Notes: generated by a model not told the origin, from the sequence alone. 64,000 nucleotides of DNA from Vulcanimicrobiota bacterium (GCA_963715435.1 OY970243.1:1716320-1780319), one strand, 5' to 3'. Counted from the stretch's first letter, positions 48,966-59,299 are shown. Made by a program: numbers and translations.

Positions 48966-51635
48966 TTAACCGGTAGCTTCACGGCGCACGTACCACGTTG
49001 CCAGCTGCGTACGCGACGAGACGCCGACCTTGTTGAAGAGATTTGAGATGTGAACCTCAACGGTGCGCTGGCTTAGAACCAGCGTATCCGCGATTTGCTG
49101 ATTGCTGTTTCCTGCCGCTACGAGAGATGCGACTTGAAGTTCCCGTGCCGTCGGTTTGACGAATGTATCATTTGCCGGCTTGGCTGCGGCTCCGAGCCAT
49201 TTGATTCCTAACGCCGCGAGACGCGTGCTTGCCGCGACATCGCTTTTACTTTGCATGGTGGCGGCAAGATCGGCGTAAACGTTCAGTCCGAGTTCCCGCG
49301 CGTGCGGTATTTCCGCGCTCAGGTCCGGCAGCTGACCCATAAGGCCGCGGGCGATGGCTTTGGCGAGACTATTGTGGATCGAATGCCAGGGTGTCTTCGG
49401 TGTCCACCATGGTTTCGACGCCAGAAGTGCAAGGGTCGCGTCATCGCGCAAGCGGTGCGCCAGGAGTACTATCGACAACGCCGGCATGTACACGTGAGGG
49501 TCGGCCGGTTTATCCAGTTGTGAAAGAAGATGCGATAGAACGGTTCGCGCCGTCTTTGGTTCCGATTCAGCCGTTGCGACCGCCCACCACGCTGCCAGCG
49601 GAACGTACCACCCTTCGCGGTGCCCTAAAAGAAACGCCGAAACATCGGCTTCGATGGGCTTCCGATAAGGCGAACCGATCTGCCGAAGGGCGGCAATGGC
49701 CGCCGCCACAGTAAAGAAGCGGCGTTTCGCAGTGGGGCGAACGGTAGTGCCGTCGACGATCCCCGCGATTCTCGCCTCGGCACGATCCCAGCTGCCCCCC
49801 AAAAAATCCGAAAGCGTTAGAAAATACTCGTCGGCAGGAGTCGGTTCGCTGTCGCCTCTCGCGCGGAAACGTTCCTGGATCAGCGGTTCGAGGACGCGGG
49901 TTCCATATTCCCAATGGCTCAAGATGAGTCGCGGTGCGTTGCGCTGGTCGCTCGTAATTCCGACACGGCCCATCAGCGTAGCTTCATCGGCGATCGCCAC
50001 GGCTTCGTCGATCAGGGTCGCGGCCGCCTCATGCCGCCCGTGCAGCGCCAGAACGAACGCTTTAAAATTGCGCATTCGAATTTTGACTTGAAACGGCAGC
50101 TCGCAGGGTAGCGCAAGCAGCTGCTTTTCGAGCGTATCGGCGAGCTCGAGATTCGCATTGCACGCCGCGAACCAAAATGCGGCCGACATCACGTGAGCGC
50201 GATCCTCATCGGTGGTCATGGTCGGCAGAAATCGCGCGTAGGTGGACTCGGCCGCCGACACCTGATCGCTAAAGCATTGGGCGATAATGAGTCGAGCGAT
50301 TGCCGGTCCCGGGATCCCCGTTCCGGCATCGCCGAGTACCCTTAGCCCGCGTTCGAGAACGGTAACCGCTTCCGAATCCCGATCCAGTGCGAAGAGTGCA
50401 TCTGCGTAATCGGGCAAAAACGTTCTCGCGACGTCGGCCGGCGGCTCGGCAAACGTCAGGGCGCGAGCAGATGCGCTAACGGTGAGACGCATCTGACCTG
50501 AGGCGGCTGCTTTTTTCGCGACACCCGCCAAAACGTTAAACGCCCCCGCCCGATCGCCGCACTCGGCCAATTGCGATGCCAGCGTTTGAAGATCTTCAAG
50601 CGTTGGCGAGTCGAGCCGCTGTAGCGCCGCTATGATCTTTCTCCGGTATGGAACAGGCACGGCAATCGTGTGCCGAATGCCCTCCGCTATGAGGGCGTGG
50701 TCGAACTCCACCCCGAGTTCGGTGATGCGGAGAAAGCGGCCGATCGCAGACCCTACCAACGCGTCGAGCGTCTGGGGTTCGGGCCACAGTTGTTCGAGTA
50801 ATCGATAACCTATGGGACCATCCATGAGCGAGCAGATCTGAAGAAACTCTCGCAGCTCCGGCGTGGCGGTTTGAACGTCACGCGCAATCGCACTCCGCCG
50901 GCTTGAGGCCACGTCGTCAATCGACGGTCGAGCGACCCTACCGATTGCTCTCGAGAGAGCGACGATATCGAGCGGATAGCCGCGCGCATGATTTACGACG
51001 GCATCGACGATTTCCGCGGGCGCATCAGCCATCAGGCGTCGCGCGACGGCCGTGGCGGACTCGCCGTCGAGGGGCTGTAACGGTATGTCGATCTCGGGAA
51101 CCGGCAAGACGCTTTCCATTTGTGGGCGCTTGGCAAAAAGTCCGACGATGGCGCGATCCGCTAACGTTGTCATTGTGTCGCGGATCAGTTGCAGTGAGTC
51201 GCGATCGGCCCATTGTGCGTCGTCCAGTGCGAGCAATACCGGCCGATCCAGCGTAACGCCCTCGAGGAGGCGCGCAAACGCTTGCGCCGCTGATTCGGGC
51301 TTCCCACTCTCGAGAAGGGCTTCGAGACCCGTAACGTAGCGTGCGCGTTCGTTACCGATTGCTTCAAGCGCGCTGCGTAAGAATTGTCGTACCACCGTTA
51401 AAGGTATCTGCGATTGAACCGCATAGCACGTTGCCCTCGCGACGATCCACTTATCCCGTTGGGCTGCGAGCGCGCCTGCGTGTAACAGCGTCGACTTGCC
51501 GATGCCGGCATCGCCCTCGATCCCGATGATGAGCGGAACGCCGTCTTTGCGCGAGCGCTCGAACCCGCGCGCGATACTTCCCAACTCTCGCGAACGGCCA
51601 GTCAGCTCTACCGCAGAATGCTCTTCTGCGTCCAT
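48966..51635 (-). CDS. LuxR-family regulator with N-terminal AAA (STAND/LAL-type) ATPase domain
   Basis: 889 aa. Walker A GDAGIGKST, a long helical/TPR-like middle region, and a C-terminal LuxR HTH (LTARELQVASLVAAGNSNQQIADTLVLSQRTVEVHISNLFNKVGV). Confidence 0.85.
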   Translation of the reverse strand: MDAEEHSAVELTGRSRELGSIARGFERSRKDGVPLIIGIEGDAGIGKSTLLHAGALAAQRDKWIVARATCYAVQSQIPLTVVRQFLRSALEAIGNERARYVTGLEALLESGKPESAAQAFARLLEGVTLDRPVLLALDDAQWADRDSLQLIRDTMTTLADRAIVGLFAKRPQMESVLPVPEIDIPLQPLDGESATAVARRLMADAPAEIVDAVVNHARGYPLDIVALSRAIGRVARPSIDDVASSRRSAIARDVQTATPELREFLQICSLMDGPIGYRLLEQLWPEPQTLDALVGSAIGRFLRITELGVEFDHALIAEGIRHTIAVPVPYRRKIIAALQRLDSPTLEDLQTLASQLAECGDRAGAFNVLAGVAKKAAASGQMRLTVSASARALTFAEPPADVARTFLPDYADALFALDRDSEAVTVLERGLRVLGDAGTGIPGPAIARLIIAQCFSDQVSAAESTYARFLPTMTTDEDRAHVMSAAFWFAACNANLELADTLEKQLLALPCELPFQVKIRMRNFKAFVLALHGRHEAAATLIDEAVAIADEATLMGRVGITSDQRNAPRLILSHWEYGTRVLEPLIQERFRARGDSEPTPADEYFLTLSDFLGGSWDRAEARIAGIVDGTTVRPTAKRRFFTVAAAIAALRQIGSPYRKPIEADVSAFLLGHREGWYVPLAAWWAVATAESEPKTARTVLSHLLSQLDKPADPHVYMPALSIVLLAHRLRDDATLALLASKPWWTPKTPWHSIHNSLAKAIARGLMGQLPDLSAEIPHARELGLNVYADLAATMQSKSDVAASTRLAALGIKWLGAAAKPANDTFVKPTARELQVASLVAAGNSNQQIADTLVLSQRTVEVHISNLFNKVGVSSRTQLATWYVRREATG

Positions 51636-51700
51636 ACTATACTCGCGAACTACGGACGACGGAGGCAGGCGACCTGCCGCCGCTCACGGTAAAACGAAAT

Positions 51701-53317
51701 ATGCGAAAGGCGCTTTGGCTGCTGGCCGGTTTACTGTTGCTCCCCGGTTGCGACGGCACGAATGCCAGGCTCGTCCACCTCGGTCAACCGGCGGCTGCGG
51801 GTCTATTGCGGATCGCGACCATGGCCGATCCGACGACGCTGAATCCCTATCTCACGACGAGCGATCTCGGTTACGATCTCGCTTCACTGACGTACTCGTA
51901 TCTCGTCGTTTCGGACGACCGGGGTCACCTTATCGGTGATCTTGCAACGGAAATTCCGACGAGGGCCAACGGCGGCATCTCCGCCGACGGCCTGACCTAC
52001 GTGTATCACCTGCGCCGCAACGTCCGCTGGCACGACGGCTTGTCCTTCACGGGCCGCGACGTCGCGGCTTCGTGGCGCGCTATCGTCGATCCCCAGCACC
52101 CCGTCGTCGAACGGGAAGGCTACGATCGGATCGCATCGATCGGTTTGCCGGATCCGTTCACGCTGGTCGTGCGTTTGCGCGAGCGCTATCCGCCGTTCGT
52201 CACGCGTTTCTTCGCACCGCTGCAGGACGGCGGGAAGCCCGTTCTGGCAGCGCACATCTTGAAACGCGTTCGCGATTTCGTTTCCGGTGAGTTGGCGACG
52301 AATCCCGTCGGGACCGGGCCGTTTCGGTTCGAATCTTGGGCGCGCGGCGATAGCATAAGGTTCGTGCGTAACCTCGCGTACTTCCGGGGGCGGCCGCGAG
52401 TGTCGAGAATCATCGTTCAACTGATCCCCGACGCTCAAACGGCGGCGCTCGCGCTGTCCACCGATAACGTGGACCTTATCGTCGAGGCGCAGCCGGCGCT
52501 GCTCGCACAGTATCGATCCGTACCTGGGGCAACCGTTAGAACCGTGCCCTTGAACGCGCAGGTTCAACTCCTCATCGATTGCGCGCGACCGTTCTTGCGA
52601 GATGCGGCGACGCGACGCGCCATTGCGTACGCAATACCGTATCCTGTGATACTCGGAAGCATTATGCACCGTTTATGGCCGCAAGGCAGCAACATGATAG
52701 CACCGACGGCTATTGGATACGAACCGCTTCCTGCGTATACGTTCGATCTAAAGAAAGCTGCGGCCGAACTCGATACGGCGGGCTGGCGCCCGGGCAGGGA
52801 CGGCATCCGTCAACGCGGCGGTAAACGCCTGGAAATAACGCTCGCCACGCTCGCCGGTGCTGCGACGTTCGAACGAATAGCGGTCGTGATGCAGACATCG
52901 CTTCGCCGGCTGGGCATCGATGCGACCATCAAGCCGTATGCATATCAAGTGCTCGATGCACCCAATGGGCCGATCCGCGGCGGGACGTACGATTTGTCTC
53001 TATTCGGCAGTTCGCTGAACTGGGATCCCGATGCCTACGACGAACTGGCGTGCGACCGCTGGTATCCGCGCGGCGCAAACTTGACGCGGTTCTGCAATAA
53101 AGAGATCGATATGCTGGAGCGAGCCGGTTTACGGACCGACGACGTCGCGTCCCGCACGGCGATTTATCGCAAGATCATGCGCATTTTATGGGCCGATTTG
53201 CCCTACGTTCCCATCAATGATGGACGGCGACTTGTCGTTACTTCGCGCCGTCTGCGCAACTACCGTCCGAACCCGACGGTAACGCCGTGGTGGAACGCGT
53301 GGCAGTGGGCAGTTTGA
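51701..53317 (+). CDS. ABC transporter substrate-binding lipoprotein, family 5 (peptide/nickel type)
   Basis: Lipobox LLLLPGC. SBP_bac_5 motifs (YHLRRNVRWHDG, GTGPFRFESW). Confidence 0.85.
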   Translation: MRKALWLLAGLLLLPGCDGTNARLVHLGQPAAAGLLRIATMADPTTLNPYLTTSDLGYDLASLTYSYLVVSDDRGHLIGDLATEIPTRANGGISADGLTYVYHLRRNVRWHDGLSFTGRDVAASWRAIVDPQHPVVEREGYDRIASIGLPDPFTLVVRLRERYPPFVTRFFAPLQDGGKPVLAAHILKRVRDFVSGELATNPVGTGPFRFESWARGDSIRFVRNLAYFRGRPRVSRIIVQLIPDAQTAALALSTDNVDLIVEAQPALLAQYRSVPGATVRTVPLNAQVQLLIDCARPFLRDAATRRAIAYAIPYPVILGSIMHRLWPQGSNMIAPTAIGYEPLPAYTFDLKKAAAELDTAGWRPGRDGIRQRGGKRLEITLATLAGAATFERIAVVMQTSLRRLGIDATIKPYAYQVLDAPNGPIRGGTYDLSLFGSSLNWDPDAYDELACDRWYPRGANLTRFCNKEIDMLERAGLRTDDVASRTAIYRKIMRILWADLPYVPINDGRRLVVTSRRLRNYRPNPTVTPWWNAWQWAV

Positions 53318-53318
53318 G

Positions 53319-54116
53319 CTAGACGTGCTCCCACAAGATGCGCGTGTATAGAACGTTGAAACCGCATGCCCTAAAGTTGGTTTCCGAGGTGCTACCGATG
53401 GGCGCCGATGCGCGCGCGTAACGGGCCCCCGCTTCGCGTGCCCGAGCCAGGCGGTCGCGAATCATCGCGCGATGATAACCGTTCCCGCGATGCGCGTCCA
53501 AGGTCGAGCCCGCGACGAGACTGGCGAGTTCGCCATGCACCAGCAGCGCGCTGGTGGCGACGATGCCATCACCGTTGCGCGCGGCCAGCGCGATGACGCC
53601 CGTCTGCGATGCGATCGTCGTGGCGAGAAAGACGCCCTCGTCTTTGCTGACGTACCGGTTACTGAAGCCGGCGTACGATGCGCGTCCCCATGCGGCGCGA
53701 TCGCTCTCCTCCGTAATGCGTTCGTCGCGAGCCACCGCAGCAGTCGTTAAGTCGACTGCCAATACGTTGTTGCGAACGCGCGGTACGTAAGCGGCTCGCG
53801 CGAGCTCTCGTTCGAGTGACGGATCGGCCAGCGGATTGACCCAGGCGCGCGACGGCGCGCCCCGGTCGTGATAGAACCGCGTCAGCAGTTCGATGTCCGT
53901 GCCCTCTACGGGACCGTCCAGCGCGATGCTGGTTGCTTGCGAGAGCGGTGATGCAACACCCGTGAACGTGGCCACACCGCCAGCAATTTCCAGGTAGTCG
54001 AAGCCGGCATCCGGACGCAATCGCTTTGCGGCTTCGTAAAATCCGCGCAGCAGAAGGCACTCCGACGCTTCGATGAGGGCTGCCAACTCGCACGTCGGCA
54101 GCACCGCTCGCTTCAA
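53319..54116 (-). CDS. GNAT-like acetyltransferase
   Basis: The C-terminal half (HRGNGYHRAMIRDRLARAREAG...NFRACGF) fits the acetyl-CoA binding region of GNAT enzymes. Confidence 0.55.
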   Translation of the reverse strand: MKRAVLPTCELAALIEASECLLLRGFYEAAKRLRPDAGFDYLEIAGGVATFTGVASPLSQATSIALDGPVEGTDIELLTRFYHDRGAPSRAWVNPLADPSLERELARAAYVPRVRNNVLAVDLTTAAVARDERITEESDRAAWGRASYAGFSNRYVSKDEGVFLATTIASQTGVIALAARNGDGIVATSALLVHGELASLVAGSTLDAHRGNGYHRAMIRDRLARAREAGARYARASAPIGSTSETNFRACGFNVLYTRILWEHV

Positions 54117-55309
54117 AAGATGAACCCGGTGCGCACTGCCGGGCGTTCGTACTTGAATCCCTCTTTGTGCACGCTGTAGAGGTAAATATCCGGGATGAGG
54201 GGATCGCCGCTGACGTTGAACCGGAATTGCCCGACGAGCGTCGTGAACGTGCCGCCTTGCTGCATCGAAGTCAGCAGCGAAAAGCGCGACGTGGCGCTGG
54301 AACGCTGCTGAGCCGCCATGATGAGCTGCGCGGCCGCATACGCGTAGGCGGAGAAGGCGGTGACCTGTCCGACCTTACGTTCGAAATCGTTGAGCAAATA
54401 TACGGAGCTGGGTACGCGTTCGAGCGGCGGCATCGACGACGCGACGAGCGCTCCGTCGAGAATGCGTTGGTAGCGATCGATCGTGTCGGGATTATAGAAG
54501 CCGTCGCTTGCGCCGAAGTCGCCGGTATATCCGGCTAAGCGCAGCGCTTCGGCGACCGGGCCGAGATCGGCGGTCTTTCCTGCCAGAAGGACGTAGTTCG
54601 GGGTGCGATCGAGCACCGTGCGCGCGGCGGCGGCCGGATCGGTCTTGTCTTGCGGAAAGAGCAAGACATCGGCGTTGTGGTGATTGGTTTTGGCTTGCTG
54701 CACGAACGCACGGGCGACGTCGTACCCGTAATCGCCGTCGAGTGCGATGGCGATGCAAGCGGAGGTCTTTTTCGTCAGTACGGCGCTCGCAAAGAGCTGG
54801 CCCGAATCGCTGTCGTTAGCGGGGAGCCGATAGACGTTATGGAATCCGCGCCGCGTAATCGCATCCGCAGTTAGCGTGGGAACGACGAGTGCGAAATTCT
54901 GATTGGCGTACTGCGAAAGCGCGTCGAGGGTCATCGGGGTCGTAAGGTTGCCGATCATGGCGAGAACGGTCGGGTCGGACGCAGCGGAGCTCACGTTGCT
55001 TCGCGAAAGCGCGGTGTTGGCTTGATCGTCGAACGCGCGCCACGCCCACACGTAGAGGGCCGACGGCGTATATAAGTTCGCTTCGTCGACGGCGGCCTGG
55101 ACGCCGCGAATGATCTCTTGGCCGTATTTCTGAAGCGGCCCCGACAACGTTACGTTGATGCCGATTGTGAGCTGGCGCAGAAACTGTCCGTTCGGCGGCA
55201 GCGGTTTTGGCGTGACGAAGATCTGTGCCCCGGCAGGTGCAGTCGTGCTTGCCGCGGCGCCGGCAGCCGCCGCCAAGAACGAACCGCGCGAAATGTTACC
55301 GGAACGCAT
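54113..55309 (-). CDS. periplasmic binding protein type 1 (LivJ/amide-like ABC substrate-binding protein)
   Basis: Signal sequence plus a bilobal PBP1 pattern (IGINVTLSGPLQKYG, VVPTLTAD). Confidence 0.7.
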   Translation of the reverse strand: MRSGNISRGSFLAAAAGAAASTTAPAGAQIFVTPKPLPPNGQFLRQLTIGINVTLSGPLQKYGQEIIRGVQAAVDEANLYTPSALYVWAWRAFDDQANTALSRSNVSSAASDPTVLAMIGNLTTPMTLDALSQYANQNFALVVPTLTADAITRRGFHNVYRLPANDSDSGQLFASAVLTKKTSACIAIALDGDYGYDVARAFVQQAKTNHHNADVLLFPQDKTDPAAAARTVLDRTPNYVLLAGKTADLGPVAEALRLAGYTGDFGASDGFYNPDTIDRYQRILDGALVASSMPPLERVPSSVYLLNDFERKVGQVTAFSAYAYAAAQLIMAAQQRSSATSRFSLLTSMQQGGTFTTLVGQFRFNVSGDPLIPDIYLYSVHKEGFKYERPAVRTGFIF

Positions 55310-56147
55310 AACCTGCCGCAGTCGTCACCAGAAAGATCAGCGAAAATACCATGTTTGCCATAAAGATGCGCTCGTTGAGTACGAAGACGTTCTCGGCCCG
55401 CTCGAAGAGCCGGTCTTCGTAGAGCACGAGCGCCGCCGCGGCAATGATGCCGAGATAATACGCGTATCCCGCCACGTCGACGAACCCCGCGAGCGCGAGC
55501 AGCACTACCATCCCGGAATGGAGCAGTCCGGGAAGCAGACGTCCGGCGGACTCGCCGAAATGCGCGGGCAGCGATCGCAGTCCCTGCGCGCGGTCGACGC
55601 TTAGGTCCATGAACGCGTAGATCACGTCGAATCCCGCAACCCAAATCGTGACGGCGAAGAAGAGAAGAACTGCGGTCGGGCTGATCTTGCCCGTGATGCC
55701 GATATAGGCGCCCAGCGGCGCGAGCGCGTCGACCGCTCCCAAGACGAAGTGCACCAGCCACGTAAACCGTTTGCATAGCGGATAGATCAGCAGGAGCAGC
55801 ACCGCGACCGGCATCAGCTTGACGCACAGCGGGTTGAGCATCCACGCCGCCCACAGCAGCACGGCCAACCCCAGGACGATCGCCCATACCATGGATGCGG
55901 GCGAGAGCGCGCCGCTGGCAACGGCGCGCCGCGCAGTGCGGGGATTTTTCGCGTCGATATCGCGATCGAGAAACCGATTTGCTGCCATGGCCGCGGTGCG
56001 CGCGCCAAGGACCGCCAACGTGATCCAACCCAGCTGCGACCACGACGGAAAGCCATGTGCGGCCATGATCGCGCCGACGTATGCAAACGGCAGCGCGAAG
56101 AGCGTGTGCTCTATGCGGATCTCGCGTAAGAACAGCGCGACTTTCAT
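55296..56147 (-). CDS. UbiA-family aromatic prenyltransferase (futalosine-pathway MqnP-like)
   Basis: ATG at M15 of ORF 55296..56189 (ATGA overlap with the UbiD stop). Motifs ARTAAMAANRFLDRDID and DxxYAxxD. Paired with a UbiD-family gene. Confidence 0.85.
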   Translation of the reverse strand: MKVALFLREIRIEHTLFALPFAYVGAIMAAHGFPSWSQLGWITLAVLGARTAAMAANRFLDRDIDAKNPRTARRAVASGALSPASMVWAIVLGLAVLLWAAWMLNPLCVKLMPVAVLLLLIYPLCKRFTWLVHFVLGAVDALAPLGAYIGITGKISPTAVLLFFAVTIWVAGFDVIYAFMDLSVDRAQGLRSLPAHFGESAGRLLPGLLHSGMVVLLALAGFVDVAGYAYYLGIIAAAALVLYEDRLFERAENVFVLNERIFMANMVFSLIFLVTTAAGYAFR

Positions 56148-57655
56148 TTGAACAAACGTCCGTATGCGACGGGTCCCTGGCCCGACCATTCATCCGGATG
56201 CAGGGTGGCTGCGATCTTGTCGAGATCGTATTCTTTCCAGCGCTTGGTGACGCGCTCGCGGGTGGACGCATCCATGATCATATCGGGGGGCCACTCGCGC
56301 GTGTAGCCTTCGGATGCATCCTTGCGCGTGGCGTCGATGCCGATCTTCGTGCCGTAAGCGATCGTATACGAGCCGTGATCGAGATCGTCGACGGGGCCGG
56401 GCATCATCACGAGGTCGCGATCCGGCGCGAGGTTGTTGAGCACGAACCAGGCGGCGCTACGCGTATCCTGCACGTCAACGTCGGCATCGACGATCACGAG
56501 CACGCGCGTCAGCATCATCATGTGGCCCAAACCCCACAGCGCATTCATCACTTTCTTAGCATGACCGGGATACGCTTTGCGGATGGAAACGATCGCGAGG
56601 TTGTGAAAGCCGCCTTCCACGGGCAGATTCATGTCGACGACTTCGGGCAGCACCATCTGCAAGAGAGGAAGAAAGATGCGTTCCGTCGCTTTGCCCAGCC
56701 AAGCGTCTTCCATCGGCGGCTTTCCCACCACGGTTGCCGGATAGATCGGATTGCGGCGATGCGTTATGCACGTGACGTGAAACGTGGGATAGTTGTCCGC
56801 CAGGCTATAGACCCCGGTGTGATCGCCGAACGGGCCCTCGACGCGCAGGTCGCCGTTATCGACGTATCCTTCCAGCACGAACTCGGCTTCGGCGGGGACT
56901 TTGAGGTCGACGGTCTTGGCAGGCGTCAGCTTTACCGGTTCGCCGCGCAGCAGTCCGGCAAATGCGAACTCGTCGAGCACCGGCGGCAGCGGTGCGGTCG
57001 CCGCATACGTAAGCACCGGCTCCGTACCGATCGCGACCGCTACCGGTATTTTATTGCCCCACGCGGAGGCGTGCGCGCGGCCTTGCTTGTGCCGTTGCCA
57101 ATGCATGCCGGTTTCGCGTTTTCCGTAGACCTGCATGCGATACATACCGACGTTCGGACGATCGGTGCGCGGATCTTTGGTAATTACCAGCGGCAAGGTG
57201 ACGAACGGACCGGCGTCGAGCGGCCACGTCGTAAGAATGGGAAGCTTCGTAAGATCCGGGTCGCGGATAACGACGTCGTGCACCGGCGCGTCGCGTACCG
57301 TCTTCGGAATCGCGTTTGCCAACGGCGCAAGCCGCATCAGCGCGCCGATTTTCTCGACGAACGACGCGCCCGGCGGCGAAACGTCGAGCAGCGCGCGAAC
57401 GCGCGACGCGACATCGTCGAGCGAACTCGCATCCAGCGCCATCGCGATGCGGCGGCGCGAGCCGAACTGGTTCGTGAGCACGGGAAACTTAGAACCGCGT
57501 ACGCTGTTGAATAGCAATGCCGGACCGCCGGCCTTGACGACCCGGTCGGTGATCTCGGCGATCTCCAGCCGCGGGTCGACGGCTGCGTCGATCGCGTGGA
57601 GTTCGCCGGCGTTGCGTAAAGCGTCGACAAAGGCGCGCAAAGACGCGAAGGGCAT
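56144..57655 (-). CDS. UbiD-family decarboxylase (menaquinone/ubiquinone type)
   Basis: 503 aa. MPFASLRAFVDALRNAGEL..., GMYRMQVY and GPFGDHTG are conserved UbiD blocks. Confidence 0.9.
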   Translation of the reverse strand: MPFASLRAFVDALRNAGELHAIDAAVDPRLEIAEITDRVVKAGGPALLFNSVRGSKFPVLTNQFGSRRRIAMALDASSLDDVASRVRALLDVSPPGASFVEKIGALMRLAPLANAIPKTVRDAPVHDVVIRDPDLTKLPILTTWPLDAGPFVTLPLVITKDPRTDRPNVGMYRMQVYGKRETGMHWQRHKQGRAHASAWGNKIPVAVAIGTEPVLTYAATAPLPPVLDEFAFAGLLRGEPVKLTPAKTVDLKVPAEAEFVLEGYVDNGDLRVEGPFGDHTGVYSLADNYPTFHVTCITHRRNPIYPATVVGKPPMEDAWLGKATERIFLPLLQMVLPEVVDMNLPVEGGFHNLAIVSIRKAYPGHAKKVMNALWGLGHMMMLTRVLVIVDADVDVQDTRSAAWFVLNNLAPDRDLVMMPGPVDDLDHGSYTIAYGTKIGIDATRKDASEGYTREWPPDMIMDASTRERVTKRWKEYDLDKIAATLHPDEWSGQGPVAYGRLFK

Positions 57656-57684
57656 GGCCCTTTATCGTACGCTGGTCCTCTGGG

Positions 57685-58635
57685 CTACGCCTGTATATGC
57701 GCGGGAAGCGTCGCGACGAAGCGCGCTCCGCCGCCGGGCGCCGCGTCGACAGTGACCGCTCCCTCGTGGGCGTTTGCTATCCAGCGGACGATCGCCAAAC
57801 CCAGACCGGTGCCGCTCTCGTCCTGCGTGCGGCGGTAGAAACGCTCGAAGACGCGCTCGCGATCCTCGGGGGCAACGCCGTCGCCGTCGTCCTCGACGAC
57901 GATCGAGCACGTCCGGCCGTTACGCGACGACGAAATGGTCACGCGGCTGCGCGCGTGGCGGACGGCATTCTCGAGCAAGTTCCATGCGAGCTCGCGCAGG
58001 CGCCGCTCGTCGCCGTCAACGATCGCGCTTTCGGTCGCCGTTTCGATGCGAACGTTGCGCGCGTTCGCCGCCGTGCCGGCGTCGCGCGCGCAGGTCGTAA
58101 CGACGTACGCTAGGTCGACAGGCTCGCACTGCAATACCGCGCGTCCCGGATTGCGCGCGAGCGTCAGCAGGTTCGAGATGAGCGCCGAGGCTTCGAGCGC
58201 TTCACGCGTGATGGTATCGAACGCTTCGGTTGTATGCGGGGGCGATAGATTGCGCGACGCTTGCGCGACGCTCGCAATCGCGGTAAGCGGCGATCGCAGC
58301 TCGTGTGCGGCGTCGGCGGCGAAGACACGTTCCCGCTCCCGCGCCGCTGCCAGCGGCGCGATGGTCAGTCGCGCCATGACGTAGGACGCGGCAGCGACTA
58401 CGACGATCGGCGGCACGTCGGCCGCAAGAATTGAAAAGGCAACGCGACGCATGGCGGCGGCGAGTCCGGCGGCGCCTTCAGCCGTTCCCAGCGCGGGGGC
58501 GAGCAGCGAGGCGTACTCGCGCTGCATGAACGCGTACGCGCCGGCATCGAGGGCGGCGAGGACGCAGACAAAGATGAGAAGATAGAGGCCGGCGGTGCGA
58601 AGGATCAAGACTGCAAGCGGTATCCGACGCCCCAC
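57685..58635 (-). CDS. sensor histidine kinase
   Basis: Two TM helices, H-box AAHELRSPLTAI, N box and G box (GTGLGLAIV). GTG start overlaps the regulator gene; TTG 58608 is an alternative. Confidence 0.85.
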   Translation of the reverse strand: MGRRIPLAVLILRTAGLYLLIFVCVLAALDAGAYAFMQREYASLLAPALGTAEGAAGLAAAMRRVAFSILAADVPPIVVVAAASYVMARLTIAPLAAARERERVFAADAAHELRSPLTAIASVAQASRNLSPPHTTEAFDTITREALEASALISNLLTLARNPGRAVLQCEPVDLAYVVTTCARDAGTAANARNVRIETATESAIVDGDERRLRELAWNLLENAVRHARSRVTISSSRNGRTCSIVVEDDGDGVAPEDRERVFERFYRRTQDESGTGLGLAIVRWIANAHEGAVTVDAAPGGGARFVATLPAHIQA

Positions 58636-59273
58636 ACGGTTTCGATGATGCCGTTGGCGCCTAGTTTTTTGAGCTTTCGGCGCAACTGGCTGACGTACAC
58701 GTCGACGATATTGCTCGAGCCTTCGAAGTCGTAATCCCAGATGCGTTCGAGCACTTGCGCGCGCGACAGCGCGATGCCGGCATTACGCGCGAAAAGCTCG
58801 AGCAGACGGAACTCGGTTGCGCCCAGATCGAGCGGACGCGAATCGTAGGTCGCCGTACGTGCGCCGAGGTCGACGCGGAGCTTGCCGACTTCGAGCACGT
58901 TCATCAGCGGACGGTCGCCGCGCCGCAGGATCGCGCGCAGGCGCGCGATGAGTTCCTGTTCGACGAATGGTTTGGCAAGGTAGTCGTCCGCACCGCAGTC
59001 TAAGCCGCGGACGCGGTCTTCGACCGCGTCGCGCGCGGTGAGCATGAGAATCGGTGTTTGCACGCCTTCCGCCCGCGCGCCCCGCGCGACCGCGAAGCCG
59101 TCCAATCCGGGAAGACCGACGTCAACGATCGCCGCGTCGTAGCACTGGCGCAGCAGGTGATCGAGACCGGCCTCGCCGTCGGTTACCACGTTCGCGGCGA
59201 ACTTCTGCGCCTCGAGCATGGTTTGCACCGCTCGCGCGATCGAGAGATTGTCCTCGACGACCAGGATGCGCAT
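58605..59273 (-). CDS. OmpR-family response regulator
   Basis: ATG at M114 of ORF 58605..59612. Receiver domain MRILVVEDN...IVDVGLPGLDG and a winged-helix C-terminus (VWGVGYRL). Confidence 0.9.
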   Translation of the reverse strand: MRILVVEDNLSIARAVQTMLEAQKFAANVVTDGEAGLDHLLRQCYDAAIVDVGLPGLDGFAVARGARAEGVQTPILMLTARDAVEDRVRGLDCGADDYLAKPFVEQELIARLRAILRRGDRPLMNVLEVGKLRVDLGARTATYDSRPLDLGATEFRLLELFARNAGIALSRAQVLERIWDYDFEGSSNIVDVYVSQLRRKLKKLGANGIIETVWGVGYRLQS

Positions 59274-59299
59274 GATGTCAGGATTCGCAGACTTCCGGC

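Noticed and set aside
54113-55309. Possible Tat signal (ISRGSFLAAAAGAAA) on the PBP1 protein
   Set aside because: Only a single Arg precedes the hydrophobic stretch, so the twin-arginine consensus is not met. Treated as a generic signal peptide.
55150-56271. 373-aa ORF overlapping ubiA-like and the PBP1 gene
   Set aside because: An Arg/Ala-rich shadow frame. The competing frames have recognisable families and coupled starts and stops.
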